Below, one piece after another: positions 25,177 through 37,930 of a stretch of DNA of 64,000 nucleotides. Both the position numbers and the translations under genes were made by a program. Below the pieces are notes generated by a model. It searched no databases, was not told where the DNA came from, and was given only the letters and a program-made list of their open reading frames with translations. Source of the DNA: Pseudogymnoascus verrucosus (lineage: Eukaryota); NCBI GenBank assembly GCA_001662655.1, contig KV460272.1; one strand, given 5' to 3'. The first letter of the stretch is position 1, and each line of letters begins with the position of its first letter.

Positions 25177-26371
25177 GCCAACACTTACCATCACAAGACG
25201 AAATAAAATAGATGTGGTTTAAAACCCAGCTACTGTCTTACATGCACGACCTTCTTTAGGACTCACCAACTTACAATCCACCGCTGTTGGTATTCGCAAA
25301 CCCATAAATAAACACCAGCACCGGCCACCAGCCACCACTCCTCCATTATCTACTCTCTCAGCAACCACCTCCCAGCCAAACGACACAACAAACCAGAAAA
25401 CCGAAAGTCCCCTAGTCGTGGAACATGTAACTCATGACCCCTAACGCCCAAACCACCCACAAAAATGTCTCAACGACATCTTCACCCTGTCTAAGACAAA
25501 ACGATCCTGCAAAAAGGGATCACAGAGTCACAAGCCGTTCGACCACCCACGCCGTACCCGCCGTGCCACCCTGTGCGCTGTGACAGCCGTGACGAGACAC
25601 GCATAAAGTTACGTCAAGCGCGCTACCCTTCCCCCTCTTATATCGGCAGGAGGAAGAGTCGAGGCACGCCACGACTCGTTCTAGCGACAGGTCGAGGGCT
25701 GGCGGGTGGTGCGATGGCCTGGTCTCTGCGCACTGACTAGAGAGGGGTGAGAGGTACGCACTGTGGTAGGTGCTGGATGCATGGGGAGAGGAGTAGCGTT
25801 GGTGCGTGCATAAACTTAAGGCTACTGGAATCGTATTGTTCACACCTGGCCACTCATGATACGCCGCTAGCGACTATATGTGAGATATTTTGCACTCATG
25901 ATCGTGTGGAGTGGGTGTGAAGCAGTGGATAGGCATAGTGTATCTAACTTTAGACAGTGTGACAGGAGATCATAGTGCTCAAGACGAGACGACATGAGAG
26001 GGCGCCAGTCCAGTATCCAGACCAAGCCATCATACACGCAACAGACATTATAAACGAACGTACAAACAGACAGATCTCTCATTACTATACTTTTTTAATA
26101 AAAACCGGCTGTAGAATATAATCAACCATATAGGATATAGATAGCACACAAACAACAAAAATTCCGTGAACATCTAAACACCACCTGTCCTACTCCATAA
26201 CTCAACCTCTTAAAACCCCTATCTCCGTTGTCCCTCTCCCCTTCCGCCTGCAGAATAATTAAAGAAAGAACGCCGATACCAGGCTGCCACGCCGTAAGAT
26301 GGAGAGGGGAGACTAGATCCCCGAGTCCCGCTGCAGTGGTCTCCTTGTAGCGAGGTGATAACTGTGCAAAA

Positions 26372-27661
26372 TCACAGCGTCGAGAACATATTCTCCATCG
26401 CGTCCCTGACCTCAAACTCCTCAAGAACAGCGCCGAACCTGCAGGACCGTTAGCTTTCATCCCACGCCCCAGATACGCGAAAAACTCACCCATAGCACCG
26501 AACCTTGGGCGTCAACTCTTCAACAACCATCCCAAACTCCCTAGTCCCCAACTCCCTAAACCTCGGATGCCCCAACACCATCCCCCACGCCATAACAGGC
26601 GTGATCTCCCCATCAAGATTAAGTCGCATACTCAAATCCAACAAATTCGCCAGATCGCCCTTCTGCAGATCCCACGTCTTGAGCTCTTCGTGCGGCAGCC
26701 TCGCCACCCCATGGCCCCAGGGCATCTCATCAGCCGGGTGTGGGACAGGGGGGCATGTCGCCATGAGTGCGTGTCCGCAAGGCATGCCGGAGGGCGTCGA
26801 CGATAATTCGACCAAAAACTGTAAGTGATCCATGCACGGTCGCTCGAGCCTGTGTACACACAAGGTTAGCTTGTGTGCACACGGCCCGGCCATCAGCGGG
26901 GAGGGGTCAGGTAGGGCGGGCGGGGGTCGGGCGCATACGTGAGCACGAAGTCTATGCCGGCCTGGTCGAGGTCTAGGCCCTGCGCGGCTGAAGGATGGTG
27001 GGTGTGAGGGGTCTGGGGGAGCGGCGGGGCAAGGTGCGCTCCGTTATTGCCGGCGTTGGTACTGTACTGTGGGGTGGGCGAGACGGAGGAGGGGTAGGAG
27101 CCGGAGAAGGAGCCCGACGAGGGGTAGGATGTGCTACCACCTGTGGCGGCGAGCTCGTCAACGCCGCCGCTGCCGGTCCACGGGATGCCGTGCGCGGCCA
27201 GGAGGTTCCGGAGTTGACGGTTCTCTTCGGCGAGGGTATCTTTGCTACGGGCAACACTAGAGAAGTTCTGCTTCAGGCGGAGAACTTCTTGCTCGAGCGC
27301 TTTGATGTAGAGTTCTTTTCGCTCGCGGTGGGTTCTAGGGTCTGTTAGCGTGGTGAAGGCGGGGTCAGGAGGGGTCGTGCCTTTGTGCTTGTCGATTTAG
27401 TTCCTGACGTCGGGTCAAGGCAGGCTTGCTGTCAGGTTTCGGGCCGCGACGCTTGGACGGCTGTCCATCAACTAGGGTTTGCTTAGCAGAGGTATACATT
27501 ATCTTGTCGTTCGGCTCACCACGAGTGCTCTTCTTCTCCGTGAGGGTCTTGAGGAAGCCCAAGCTCATCGACAGGGGGCTTTTCCCGCTCTCCGACTGCT
27601 CACTGCTCCCATAGCCGCTACCGCCTGAGGGATTCGCATATTGGTCTGTCTGCATCTCCAT
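26372..27661 (-). CDS. flbB: bZIP transcription factor, FlbB-like (asexual development regulator), 5 exons
   Basis: DGQPSKRRGPKPDSKPALTRRQELNRQAQRTHRERKE basic region and LDGEITPVMAW...KVRCYGFGAVLEEFE C-terminus are typical of FlbB. Introns include 27472-27519 and 27335-27380 (GC-AG). The start could extend to the in-frame ATG at 27775. Confidence 0.85.
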
Positions 27662-28896
27662 TCCGTCTGGGAACACTCCGATGGGAGGTATAGTCGATTT
27701 ATATATCTCGCTCAGCAGGACGATCTGCTTCGCATATAGCTGTCGTAACGCTTCAGGTGATATCGGGTCAGTCATGCCGTCTAGCAATGCGACAGAAGCA
27801 GCGAAAAGAGAATATATGGGGGGTATGGGGGGTATGGGGGGTATGGGAATCAGAAGGAGGGCTGGGATGGGAATGACTGCCCGGCTGGGGAAGACTCCTC
27901 GGCAACTTCGAATATCCAGTCTGGATATAGAAGGACACAGCGCATACCTTGTCAAGTGCCTCGCAAGGTCACGGTATCAGGTCTGACTGACTTCCTTTAT
28001 AAGCGCCAGAGGGCGATGTTGTTCGTTCAACCGAAGCTATGGAAGGATGATTGGTATTTGGAATATCGGGCACAGGATGTGCGTGTGCGTAAGAAGAGAG
28101 GGCGAAGGGAACGAGGTCGCGGTACCGAATTATGTCGGTTTGAGAGAAGCATATGAGGGTATAGGGAAATCCAGGGCTCTCGGGTGTGGTTGGTATTTGT
28201 CACTGTTCGCAGTCTCGTGGAAGTTGTATGACGGTAACAATCAGTTAAAATAGCAGGAGCGAGCAAGGCTGCTGCTGGGGGCGCATTCGGGTTCAGCGGG
28301 GGGACGGAGGTAGGCGCAATGCCGCCAGTACTTCTGCTTCTGTTGTAATGTAAAGATGCACGTCGCCACCGAAGGCAAGTGCAGATAGTGTCGAGAATGC
28401 AGAAGGTTGAGGTGAAGGTGAAGTTTTCGGAGGAGTTGTGGTGCAGGTGATGGAGGGTCGTTGAAATGCAGTTGCCCTGGGAGTATTAACAAGGGACATT
28501 GTATTGTGGATTTAATCGATTGCTTGATTGCTGATTGCTGATCGGCGGCAGTCGGTCCCGCTCTGGCGTTGCGTCGAGAACACGGGCTGAAGCATGCATT
28601 GATCATGTGATGGATTATGTACATGTCAATACAGTTTAGTAAGTAAAGTACATCGTATTGGCGGTTGGTTATGTATGTCGCATCCTTACTTTACACATTA
28701 ATTACTCAGTGTGGGATTATGTGGTTTGTGTGTGGTTCTCGGGAATCTTATGGCATCTACAATTCCCTAATTTGGGGGACCAAGGGACCAAAAAGATCCA
28801 AAAGGGATCAAAAAGATGTGCCAGGTGAGCCTCTCAGCCATCCCAGCCAGGGGTCCAACGACGCCTCAACGGCGTCTTACAGCGACGGCGCATCGT

Positions 28897-28941
28897 ATCT
28901 ATTGGATCTATTGGAACTATTGAATCTATTGCATCTATTGG
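28897..28941. repeat. 9-bp tandem repeat ATCTATTGG x5 (degenerate)
   Basis: atctattgg atctattgg aactattga atctattgc atctattgg. Confidence 0.8.
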
Positions 28942-30659
28942 GTACTCAATGTTACACGTCTCAAACTAATGTGAGTAATACTGAATTATATGAAGCCACA
29001 TGCCATCACGGCCGCGGCTGGAATGTGCATCGGAGCAGGTATATTGATTATGGCGGCCTTGTGTGCAGCCACTCGTGGCCTCTACCATCCTGACGGAAGA
29101 TTGCGAGCTACTGTAAGTTTACAGTAGGGTTATGGAATGCAGTGTGCCTCTTGTCACGACAGAAGCAGTGGGAAGCTCGAAGCTGTGTCCTGGTCATCCA
29201 CCCCTGGTCATCGAGCCGTCCACGCTCCTCATATATCACATGAGGTGTTCTCTCGGATTGTTACCAGAGCACCGGGGACATTGCTTCAGTGCAAGGAAGG
29301 GTTGGCACAGCAAGAGCTGCAGTATTGTCCGAGAGACGAGCCGCCTGCACCTGCCGTCTTTGGTAGACAGCTGCCATTGTTGAGGGAATTTGGCCAAGTG
29401 GGAGATCTGCCGGACCTATGTTAGACAGAACTCTCCGACCTACAGTTGCAGCTCTATTATTCTCGCCCTGGGCCTATAGGCGATGAGATTGGGTCGGCGA
29501 GTCAATTCTAGTCAGGGGCAAAAAGGGGTCACGATGCTGTGTCCGGCAGGATAAAAAAAGTCGAGCAGTGGCAGCAGTGGTTTGCATCATGCATCTATGC
29601 GTTTATATGTCTACGTTCCTGGCTGTTTCATGCGATTCCGTTCTAACAGTTCACAGGTCTCATTACATCTCACGAGTAGCCACACAGCGGCACATGTCGT
29701 GGTCGTATGTGACACTGAGACTCGATGCCGAGATGGTGACACGTCCTTGCCGAGGCCAGCGCGAGTTTGGCTCAAACCGATCATGCCAGTCATCGAACCG
29801 ATCATGCTATTGCGGTACACCGCATGATCGTTGTCTCGTCTGAGGCCACTTGGTCCTTCCCTGGCGATTAACCTTGGGCTGCGGGCTGTATCTCGGCATA
29901 TTACGAGCAGTCCCGTGTCCCCTGGGGGTAACGCGGCTTTTGCACTTGCCCGAGATCGACAGTTGCCCTTCTGGAGGGTTGGCCAGAGGTAACATTCCAA
30001 GATTAGAACAGACTGGACAAACGGGCTGGGCAAGGACCGGTTGGGGTGGCTGGTAGAATAGAAGGCAATGGATAGAGTGGAAGGGGAGAATGGGAGGGAA
30101 CCAGCTACTTTTGAGGTCTGATCGAAGAAAGGCAAGTTGGCTGCAGTCAAGTTGAATAAGCGCAAGACAGGAACAGTTGATAGAAGAGTGCGCAAAACTA
30201 CTGGCAGCGTAAATAAGTCTATAACTTACGGTTTGAACGAATATAGAAGGGGCGTCTGTCGGTGGGAAATATATTTGACAGGAATATATTACGGGGGGGA
30301 AATATTTAAAAATAAATAAATAAATAATTTTCTATTGGATGAAAGCCTTATAATATGCCCCTATAAATTTGCTTTAACGGACAAAATAAATAAATCAAAA
30401 TTTTCCCAAGACTTACATACAATATGAAGATATCATACCCTCCAACATAGAGTAGGAAAGCATCAATATCTTTTTCGTGCGAATCCCCATCATCCCACAA
30501 TATAAATCGCGAGCCATCGATCACGTGACAAACGCCAAGATTTCGCCTGCCCCACCACTCAACACCAACCCACACCTAGACAAATATTCGCGAGCAAAAG
30601 AACTTCAGACTCCAGACCGAACCGCGATCGCTCGACACATACACAACTGTCGCGCAAAT

Positions 30660-32593
30660 ATGGCACCAATATCACTCGCAGAAATCGTGTCGGCTCTCCC
30701 ATCCGCGGATGGCTGGGGACCAGCGACCTCCACTGAGACCACTCTCGATGGCGTCCCATACGCACCATACTCCAAAGGCGACAAGCTAGGGCGCATGGCC
30801 GATTGGACCTCTGAGGGCAAGGACGGCAGAGATGGCAGAGGTGGAAGGCAACAATATAACCGCAACTACAGAGGTGCGATATTTCCGATACACAAAGCCT
30901 CCGTTTCCCTCCCCGGGCGCGGTTGGTGGTGGTGGCGTATTTGAGTTGTGCTAACAGAAGTTCTAGACCAGCAAGTTTACGGTGCCGGAACCTCGTCGCT
31001 TTTCGCCGTTCAGCTCGCCGAGGACGAGTCTTCTTTCTCCGTCGTCAGCAACACTCGCGATACCGCCAAGACCCGATTTGGAAGAGGTGGCGGATTCGGC
31101 CGTGGCCGTGGACAGCGTGGCGGGCGCGGGGACACCAGAGGCGGCAGAGGCCAGTTCCAGAGAGTCAGCAACGGACGCGGAGGAGCACAGGGTGGATACG
31201 GTGGCTACGATGCTCGTGGAGGCCGTGGTGGTGCTCGTGGCGGCCGCAGATTCGGCTGGAAGGATTACGATAAGCCGCAGCGCAACCGCGATGCGTCGGT
31301 TAACATCAAGCCTGACTGGAAGCTACTTGAGGAGATTGACTTCAACCGTCTGACCAAGCTGAACCTCGACGCTGACGAGGGTGAGGATGTCGACAGCTAC
31401 GGTTTCGTGTACCGCTACGACCGCTCCTTCGACAAGCCTGCTACGAAGAGCAACGAGCGCAAGCTCAACGTCGTCGACCGCGCCTCCTACAACGTCACCA
31501 CCTCCTCCGATCCCGTCATCCAGGACCTCGCCGAGAGGGACGAGGCCACCATCTTCGCCACCGACAGCGTTCTCTCCATGCTTATGTGCGCGCCCCGCTC
31601 CGTGTACCCCTGGGACATCGTGATCGTCAGGCAAGGCAACAAGATCTTCCTTGACAAGCGTGACAACGCCGCCCTGGACATGGTCTCCGTCAACGAGAAC
31701 GCCGCCGACTCCCCGATGGACGCCTCCGAGGGTAACAAGGACGCCATCAACCAGCCTGCCGCGCTCGCCGAGGAGGCCACCTACATCAACCACAACTTCG
31801 CGAACCAGACCATGATCGAGGATGACGCCCACCGCTCCGACATGGCCAACGAGAACCCCTTCTACAACGCCGCCGAGGAGACCGACCCACCCGCAAGCAA
31901 GGCCTACAAGTACCGCCGCTTCGATCTCGCCGTCACCGACGAGGAGCCGCTCAACCTGATCGTCCGTACCGAGCTCGATGCCGTTACCAAGAATGCTATC
32001 AGCGGCGAGGACCAGTACGTCACCGTCAAGGCTCTCAACGAGTTCGACCACAAGGCCCAGGGAAGCGGAGGTGCCCTCGACTGGCGCACCAAGCTCGTCT
32101 CGGCTCGTGGTGCCGTTGTCGCCACCGAGATGAAGAACAACTCGTGCAAGCTCGCTCGCTGGACCGTCCAGTCCATCATCGCGAACGCCGATGTCATGAA
32201 GCTCGGGTACGTTTTTACCCGCCACTACTATTTTCATTCCTCCCCTTCCTGATCCAAACCTCTCACCACTATATCAAAAGTCAGAGCAAGCCACTAACAC
32301 CCCCCAGATTCGTCTCCCGTGCCAACCCCAAGTCCAACGACCGCCACGTGATCCTCGGCGTCATCGGCTGGAAGCCCCGCGACTTCGCAGCGCAGATGAA
32401 CCTCTCCCTCTCCAACGGCTGGGGTATCGTCCGCACCATCGTCGACATGTGCATGGCGCAGCCCGAGGGCAAGTACGTGCTCGTCAAGGACCCGAATAAG
32501 CAGATCCTGAGACTGTACGACGTCCCGAGTTCGTCGTTTGAAGAGGAGGTCGAGGAGGAGGCTGAGGTCGCTGAGGAGGATGAGGAGGAGTAG
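30660..32593 (+). CDS. eIF3d: Eukaryotic translation initiation factor 3 subunit D, 3 exons
   Basis: [21 protein letters not shown]-rich region, [33 protein letters not shown]; introns at about 30874-30967 and 32207-32308. Confidence 0.95.
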
Positions 32594-33558
32594 GGGTATG
32601 GGGTTAGATTATTTAGGGGGTAGACGGCAATACATGAATGAATGTTGTTACGTGTTAGATGTGGTTCTTGCCTATCCTGTGTCCGTGGTTGATACTTCGT
32701 GATTGACTTGGAAATCCTCTCCCTTCCTGTTCTTACTAGATTGTCCGTTCCCAAGCCGTCTCGGTCTCTCTCCCCCCCCATTCCGATCCTTGCTCCCTTA
32801 TCCCACCCCCTCCCCCCGGCCAGCTCCAAAACCCAAACTGGAACCCCCGCCGCCGTTCATCCCCCGCACTAAAAGTACTACCCCAAACTTTTACCCGCCG
32901 TCTCAACCACTGTCTCAAAAGGAGGCCGATATGCTCGCAGAAGCTCTCGCACGGACCCTGACCGCACAGACGGCCGCAAGGCTGGCTAAATCGGGGTGAT
33001 CTTGCGAGCAAGCCGCTCTCTGGGGGCGCTGTCCTATTTCGATCTGGACATAATCTGGCCTAAACTCCAAGGCCGTAACTCATTGACTCGGACATAGGGC
33101 CAGAGCGTTGCTCCGCCTCGTTCCTCCGAGCTGTGCCGCCCCTGTGCCGCCCCCAAGTCGCTCCTTGCCGCCTACACCCGTGGCATTGATGGGTTATTAA
33201 CCACTTCAATTGCTATATGCCCTGCGATTACTGTACTATACTATGCAGAGCCCACATTCCAGATTCTTTTCTTACTGCTGTAGAAAGTTATTTTTATGTT
33301 TGGTATGGGGAAAAACCCCCATCTATAAATAAGTCGATTATCTCCAGGGGGCGCGTAATTAGGTTTTCAGCCGCCTTGGTATAAAATACACCATGGGGGC
33401 CAGATTTATAATTAGAATCATGGAATGGCCACAGACGAATATTGCATACCAGTGCTTGCACTCTTAATCGTGGGGAGTAATGTGAATCTCAACTTTCTTC
33501 GAGGTCCTACTGATTGTTAATTTACTACTTCCCGCGGCCCGGCCGCTTGTAGTATGGC

Positions 33559-33620
33559 AGACCGAAGCATGATAGACCAAAGCATGATAGACCAAAGCAT
33601 GATAGACCGAAGCAGGATAG
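33559..33620. repeat. 15-bp minisatellite AGACCRAAGCATGAT x4
   Basis: Four near-perfect units seen directly. Confidence 0.9.
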
Positions 33621-34687
33621 AGAGAGGCCTCTAGCAGACCAGAAGATTAGAATGACGAGAATACCGATCAGTTCGCGGACACTCCTCGTACTGTAGTTGG
33701 CGGGATCTGCAGCCAAATGTCCAAAGCGCACGCGACTAGTTTCCACATCTGAGTTGCTTGTATAGTATCGCGGGTGAAGGATTTGGGCCAAATATAGAAA
33801 TATAGCCTCTTGGAAGATCTACAGTATGAATGATCAGAGGCGAGGTCACAGAAAAGAGCCCCAACCACAAATTACCCGATTATCCACAGCTGCACTTAAC
33901 TCTGGTATGCGGTTTATGAGCGACGAGATGGATGAAATTTCTGTAATTTGATTCTACGAATTTTGTGGAGTTAGTATGCCCTCCCAACTTAAGGATTCTA
34001 AGATATCTCGTGATGAGGCACCTGCTCTTGTATTTTGTATCACTATGGCGAAGTATATATTGTGTGGGTATCTGAATACTGACTGAAGCATCTTCTTTCG
34101 CTTTTCCGGTTCTACTTTTAACCTTCTGGGCTCTGGAGGATTTCCTCGGCTAGATTCTTGACTCTATTTCCTACTTTCTTGGCTCTAGAGGATTCACTTG
34201 GCTACAGAAAAGCTATGAACGATGTCGCGGTTCTATATCGAGTGATTAATTGCATATAGACGTCAGTGGCTATGTTCGAATTTAATGTGAGCAACGGCCC
34301 CCAACATACGAGCTGAAGCGTATTTTTGCGCAGACGATTGATAGAAGCGTCACATCTTGGCAGTAACGAAGGATTATCTCCATAGCCCGACAACAGATGC
34401 AAGAAATGAAGAGTGAGAATATTTTGAAAATGCTCGTACCTGCGTGGGGGCGATCTAGGTTTATAAAAACCCCGAGACTCCTCGCCTTTGAAATGATAGA
34501 ACTCACTTCTCTCCATCGCTACATTCACATCGATCCATAGCCTACTTCGCTACACATACACCTTTACAATCGAGTTATTCGAACAGCAGCCCAGAGACAC
34601 TCCCTCAGCCGTGAGTCCTTTTCAAGCCCCTCTCCCAACACTACCCTACTATCACGCCGAGGCCATATACTCATCTCGTCATAGAAA

Positions 34688-35047
34688 ATGCATTTCAACT
34701 TCCCCGTTGTCCTCACCACCCTGGCTCTTGCCACAGCGGCCACCGCAGACCGTCTGATTGTTAATCATTACGGCTTTCTCAGCGGCAACACCTACACCGG
34801 GACTTTTGTCACTAAATACGACAGCTATATTATCGGCAACGTCGATGGCTGCCATACGAACCCTGGCGTCCCAGCTTTGAACAGACTCTGTATGGACTTT
34901 GGCAAGAGAAGGGGGCACTTCACATTCAATGGCCAGGGAAAGCGGTGCTTGAAGGAGACAAGCAATGATTTCGCACATTGCTCGGATGACTTTGCTTGGG
35001 CCACATGCTCGAAACTCTACTATGATGAGGTTAAATGTACGTGGTAA
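34688..35047 (+). CDS. Small secreted 6-Cys protein (119 aa), uncharacterised
   Basis: Signal peptide MHFNFPVVLTTLALATAATA; six Cys; ends YYDEVKCTW; TATAAAA near 34461 and a likely 5'UTR intron 34611-34684 (GTGAGT...TAG). Confidence 0.85.
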   Translation: MHFNFPVVLTTLALATAATADRLIVNHYGFLSGNTYTGTFVTKYDSYIIGNVDGCHTNPGVPALNRLCMDFGKRRGHFTFNGQGKRCLKETSNDFAHCSDDFAWATCSKLYYDEVKCTW

Positions 35048-36407
35048 AGACATGTGGAACACCAACGGGGCGGTGGTAGAGATTACCAGCCCCTCAGATT
35101 TTCAGCAGGTTTCACTGGGTAGTTAGGACGGGATTTCGTAGTCGTGGTATTATTTTCTCCTAGAGGCATTGGAGGCCAACCGTTCGTATATGTTCATAGA
35201 ATTGGATGGTTGTTTGAATATTCTCCCTCTGAAGACCAATGCCTCATTTGCTAGGATTTAACATATCTAACAGACTTGTATTTCCCATCATGTGTGACAG
35301 CGGTTCTGTGAGGAAAGAGGTGGGTCAATGAAAAGAGTAGGTGAGTTTGATAGGGAAAAATTGTTCGGCATTGAACATTTCACCTGGTGTTCTTCTGCTC
35401 ATTCTTGGCAGACGCAGCCTATTTTAGGACTGTTAGCAATCTATTGATATTAAATCTGCGTGCGGCAATTCTATCCTATAACTCGACGTAATATCTTCTT
35501 TAAGCCTGGTGTTGCCTGTGCGTGCACAAATAGAGAGGTATGTTGAGGTAGGATTAAAGTATAAGTCGGGCATGCCTAGTCGCCTTATTATTATTATATC
35601 GATTGATTACTGTCCAGCGAAGTGCCGACTAGCCCATGTAATTTTCAACTGTAGGTTTCGAGCAGTCAACTCCGGAGAGACCCCAGTCCGCCACGTTACT
35701 ATAGTATGTGTAGACAGCCTGCTCGCCGCCGAACGTCGCTGTGAACTATAGATACGAGGGTATATACTATCCCTCCGAAAGATTGTAACGATCCACTCTT
35801 TTACCAAATGACACTTCCAGTGATCTCATTTTATTTATGACTTTTTACCTAAATCAAGTGCTATAAGTGGGCTTCCACGAACTTCAAAATAGCGGGTCGA
35901 AACAATCATTCAGGGGGGGGGGGTATAGTACATTCAACTAATATTCACCATGTGCTGGAACAAATTACAACGCTGCCATTCAAGATTGGAGAAAATGGTA
36001 GTCACATTAAGAGCATGGTGGCGGAGGTGCATGGGGGAGTAGAGGAGAACTACTCGAAAGCAGATAACAAAGATTGATAGCAAAATGCGAGAAGGGCGCA
36101 TGGAGAATCAGTCCTATTTCCCTGTTTCATCACTGTCATCACTAGCACCATTTTTAGGTACTGTCTACATCCTGGGCCTCAGTCTTGCCCATCCCCTTTC
36201 TCTCTTTCGCAAACAATTGTGGGTATGAAGTAAAAAACATTCCAAATCCGTTTCTCCCTGCCAACCCGACCCAAATCGCCGTCTTCGAAAAGAAGAGGAA
36301 AATAAAAACAAGCACGGAAAAAAGGCAGACATATACACGTAAATAAGAGAATAACACTGTAGCAGCTATGATACAATCCGCCTCCTCCAAAAGGAATAGC
36401 CCCTCGC

Positions 36408-37930
36408 TCAAGTAACAAGCACCTCCGTAGTCTTGACGATGCGATTATTGGCGTGTCTCTCCACATCCTGGATCGGCAAAATATTCTCATCGCTATCGCC
36501 CTCCCCCTCGGTCAAGCTCTGCTCCAGCTTCCCCATGGGCCTCCTCGGCATGCGCTCCTCATAAAAGTCCCTTCCGTTACTAGTAACGCTCACGCCGTAC
36601 CGCCCGTCCCCTCGCGGGGTCTCACTATCACCCCCCTTCTTCCCTACCGCCGAGAGATTGATGTCGTTACTCTGCATATAGTACTTATGTCTCGTGCTAA
36701 GTCCCGGCTGGCCCGATGCGAAGGTCGAGCTGGCCTTGTCGAGGAGGAAGGCGAAGAGCGGGCGCAGCGCAGGAAGGCAGGCGGCAATGATGCCGACGCA
36801 TAGCTCGGCGTAGTTCCAAAGCGCGTAGGCGTTGTGGAAGTTTTCGTCCGTCTGTTCGAAAAAGGTAGAGAGGAGGACCTCGCGCACGATGGCTGCGGCG
36901 CAGGCCATGAAACCCAGGCTGAGAATTAAGATCAGCGTGATTTTCGTGCGGATGTTGACGTTGAGTTTCCAGATGATGGGAATGGGGAGAAGAGCGAAGG
37001 CGACGTCTGTGGCGATGTTGACAGCTAAGGAGGGTTTAGTAAGGGTCTGGAATGATGGGCTTGGGGGTACGAACAGCCGTTGAATAGACCTATGGCGGTG
37101 AATACGGAAATGCTGTAGCATGTTGCATTCCCAGTCCCAAATGGCGGAGGTCGTTGGGCGAAGTCCCAGGCGGCGCTGACGGGGATACACTGGAATATGA
37201 GCGTGCCAATGCAAGCGAGCGTGAAGATGACGAGGAAGACTGGATAGCGAGTGATGTTAGCTTTGCCATTGTTTGCCATAATACACCAGCGTTGTCGACA
37301 AGGCAGCCAGAGCTTCTGGCCACCAGGGGTTATAAAGAATGTGGAAAGGGAGGAGATTCACATACCAATGGTCCCAATGATAATCCGTTTATAAATTGTC
37401 CCCTCAACGATGCGGAGTAGAAACAGCCCTACGGATATTTTGACGAGACTGATCCCTGAGACAAGAAATAGGCTCCGAACGAAGCTTATCTTGATGATCT
37501 CTGACATGTTTTGTAGGTATATGGGGTCGGCACTATGCCTGCCCACGCCCTTACTGACTTCGAAGAACATGCATACCATTATTGCGACACTGAATGACTG
37601 CGTGAACTGTCAGACCACATCCTCAAATATTGTCCTTGCGTGGGAATCTCCTCCACACGTCCGGGCTCCCTCGACCAAAAAGATAGAACTGGGTAGGACA
37701 CCACAGCAACCGCCAAAACTCACCTGGGCAACAACCATGAGATAATCATCCCATCCCATCGTCTTCGTCATAAATATTCTCACATACACCCTCAGCACCA
37801 CAACTAGCATCCCGAAGCCCATCAGGAATCCCACCACAGCCATGATCTGGGATCCATTGTTCTCCGTGAAATCCATCACCGGCGGCGTCTCGGCGGCCTG
37901 GCGCACGAGAAGGTGCGCGGGGAAGTCCAT
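36408..37930 (-). CDS. PTH11-like (fungal rhodopsin-domain) integral membrane protein without CFEM, 4 exons
   Basis: LRVYVRIF...GWDDYLM, GVGRH, KISVGLFLLRI, FQCIPVSAAWD, DVAFALLPIPIIWKL, ELCVGIIAACLPALRPLF motifs; three GT-AG introns. Confidence 0.9.

Noticed and set aside
31323..32237. 304-aa antisense ORF over eIF3d (and similar shadows over RIM15, ABP1, the tyrosinase and the SDR)
   Set aside because: Expected from biased codon usage on the sense strand; no independent motifs
33525..33791. ORF with LSCFG repeats (RPKHD on the opposite strand)
   Set aside because: Product of the 15-bp minisatellite; non-ATG start and no supporting gene structure
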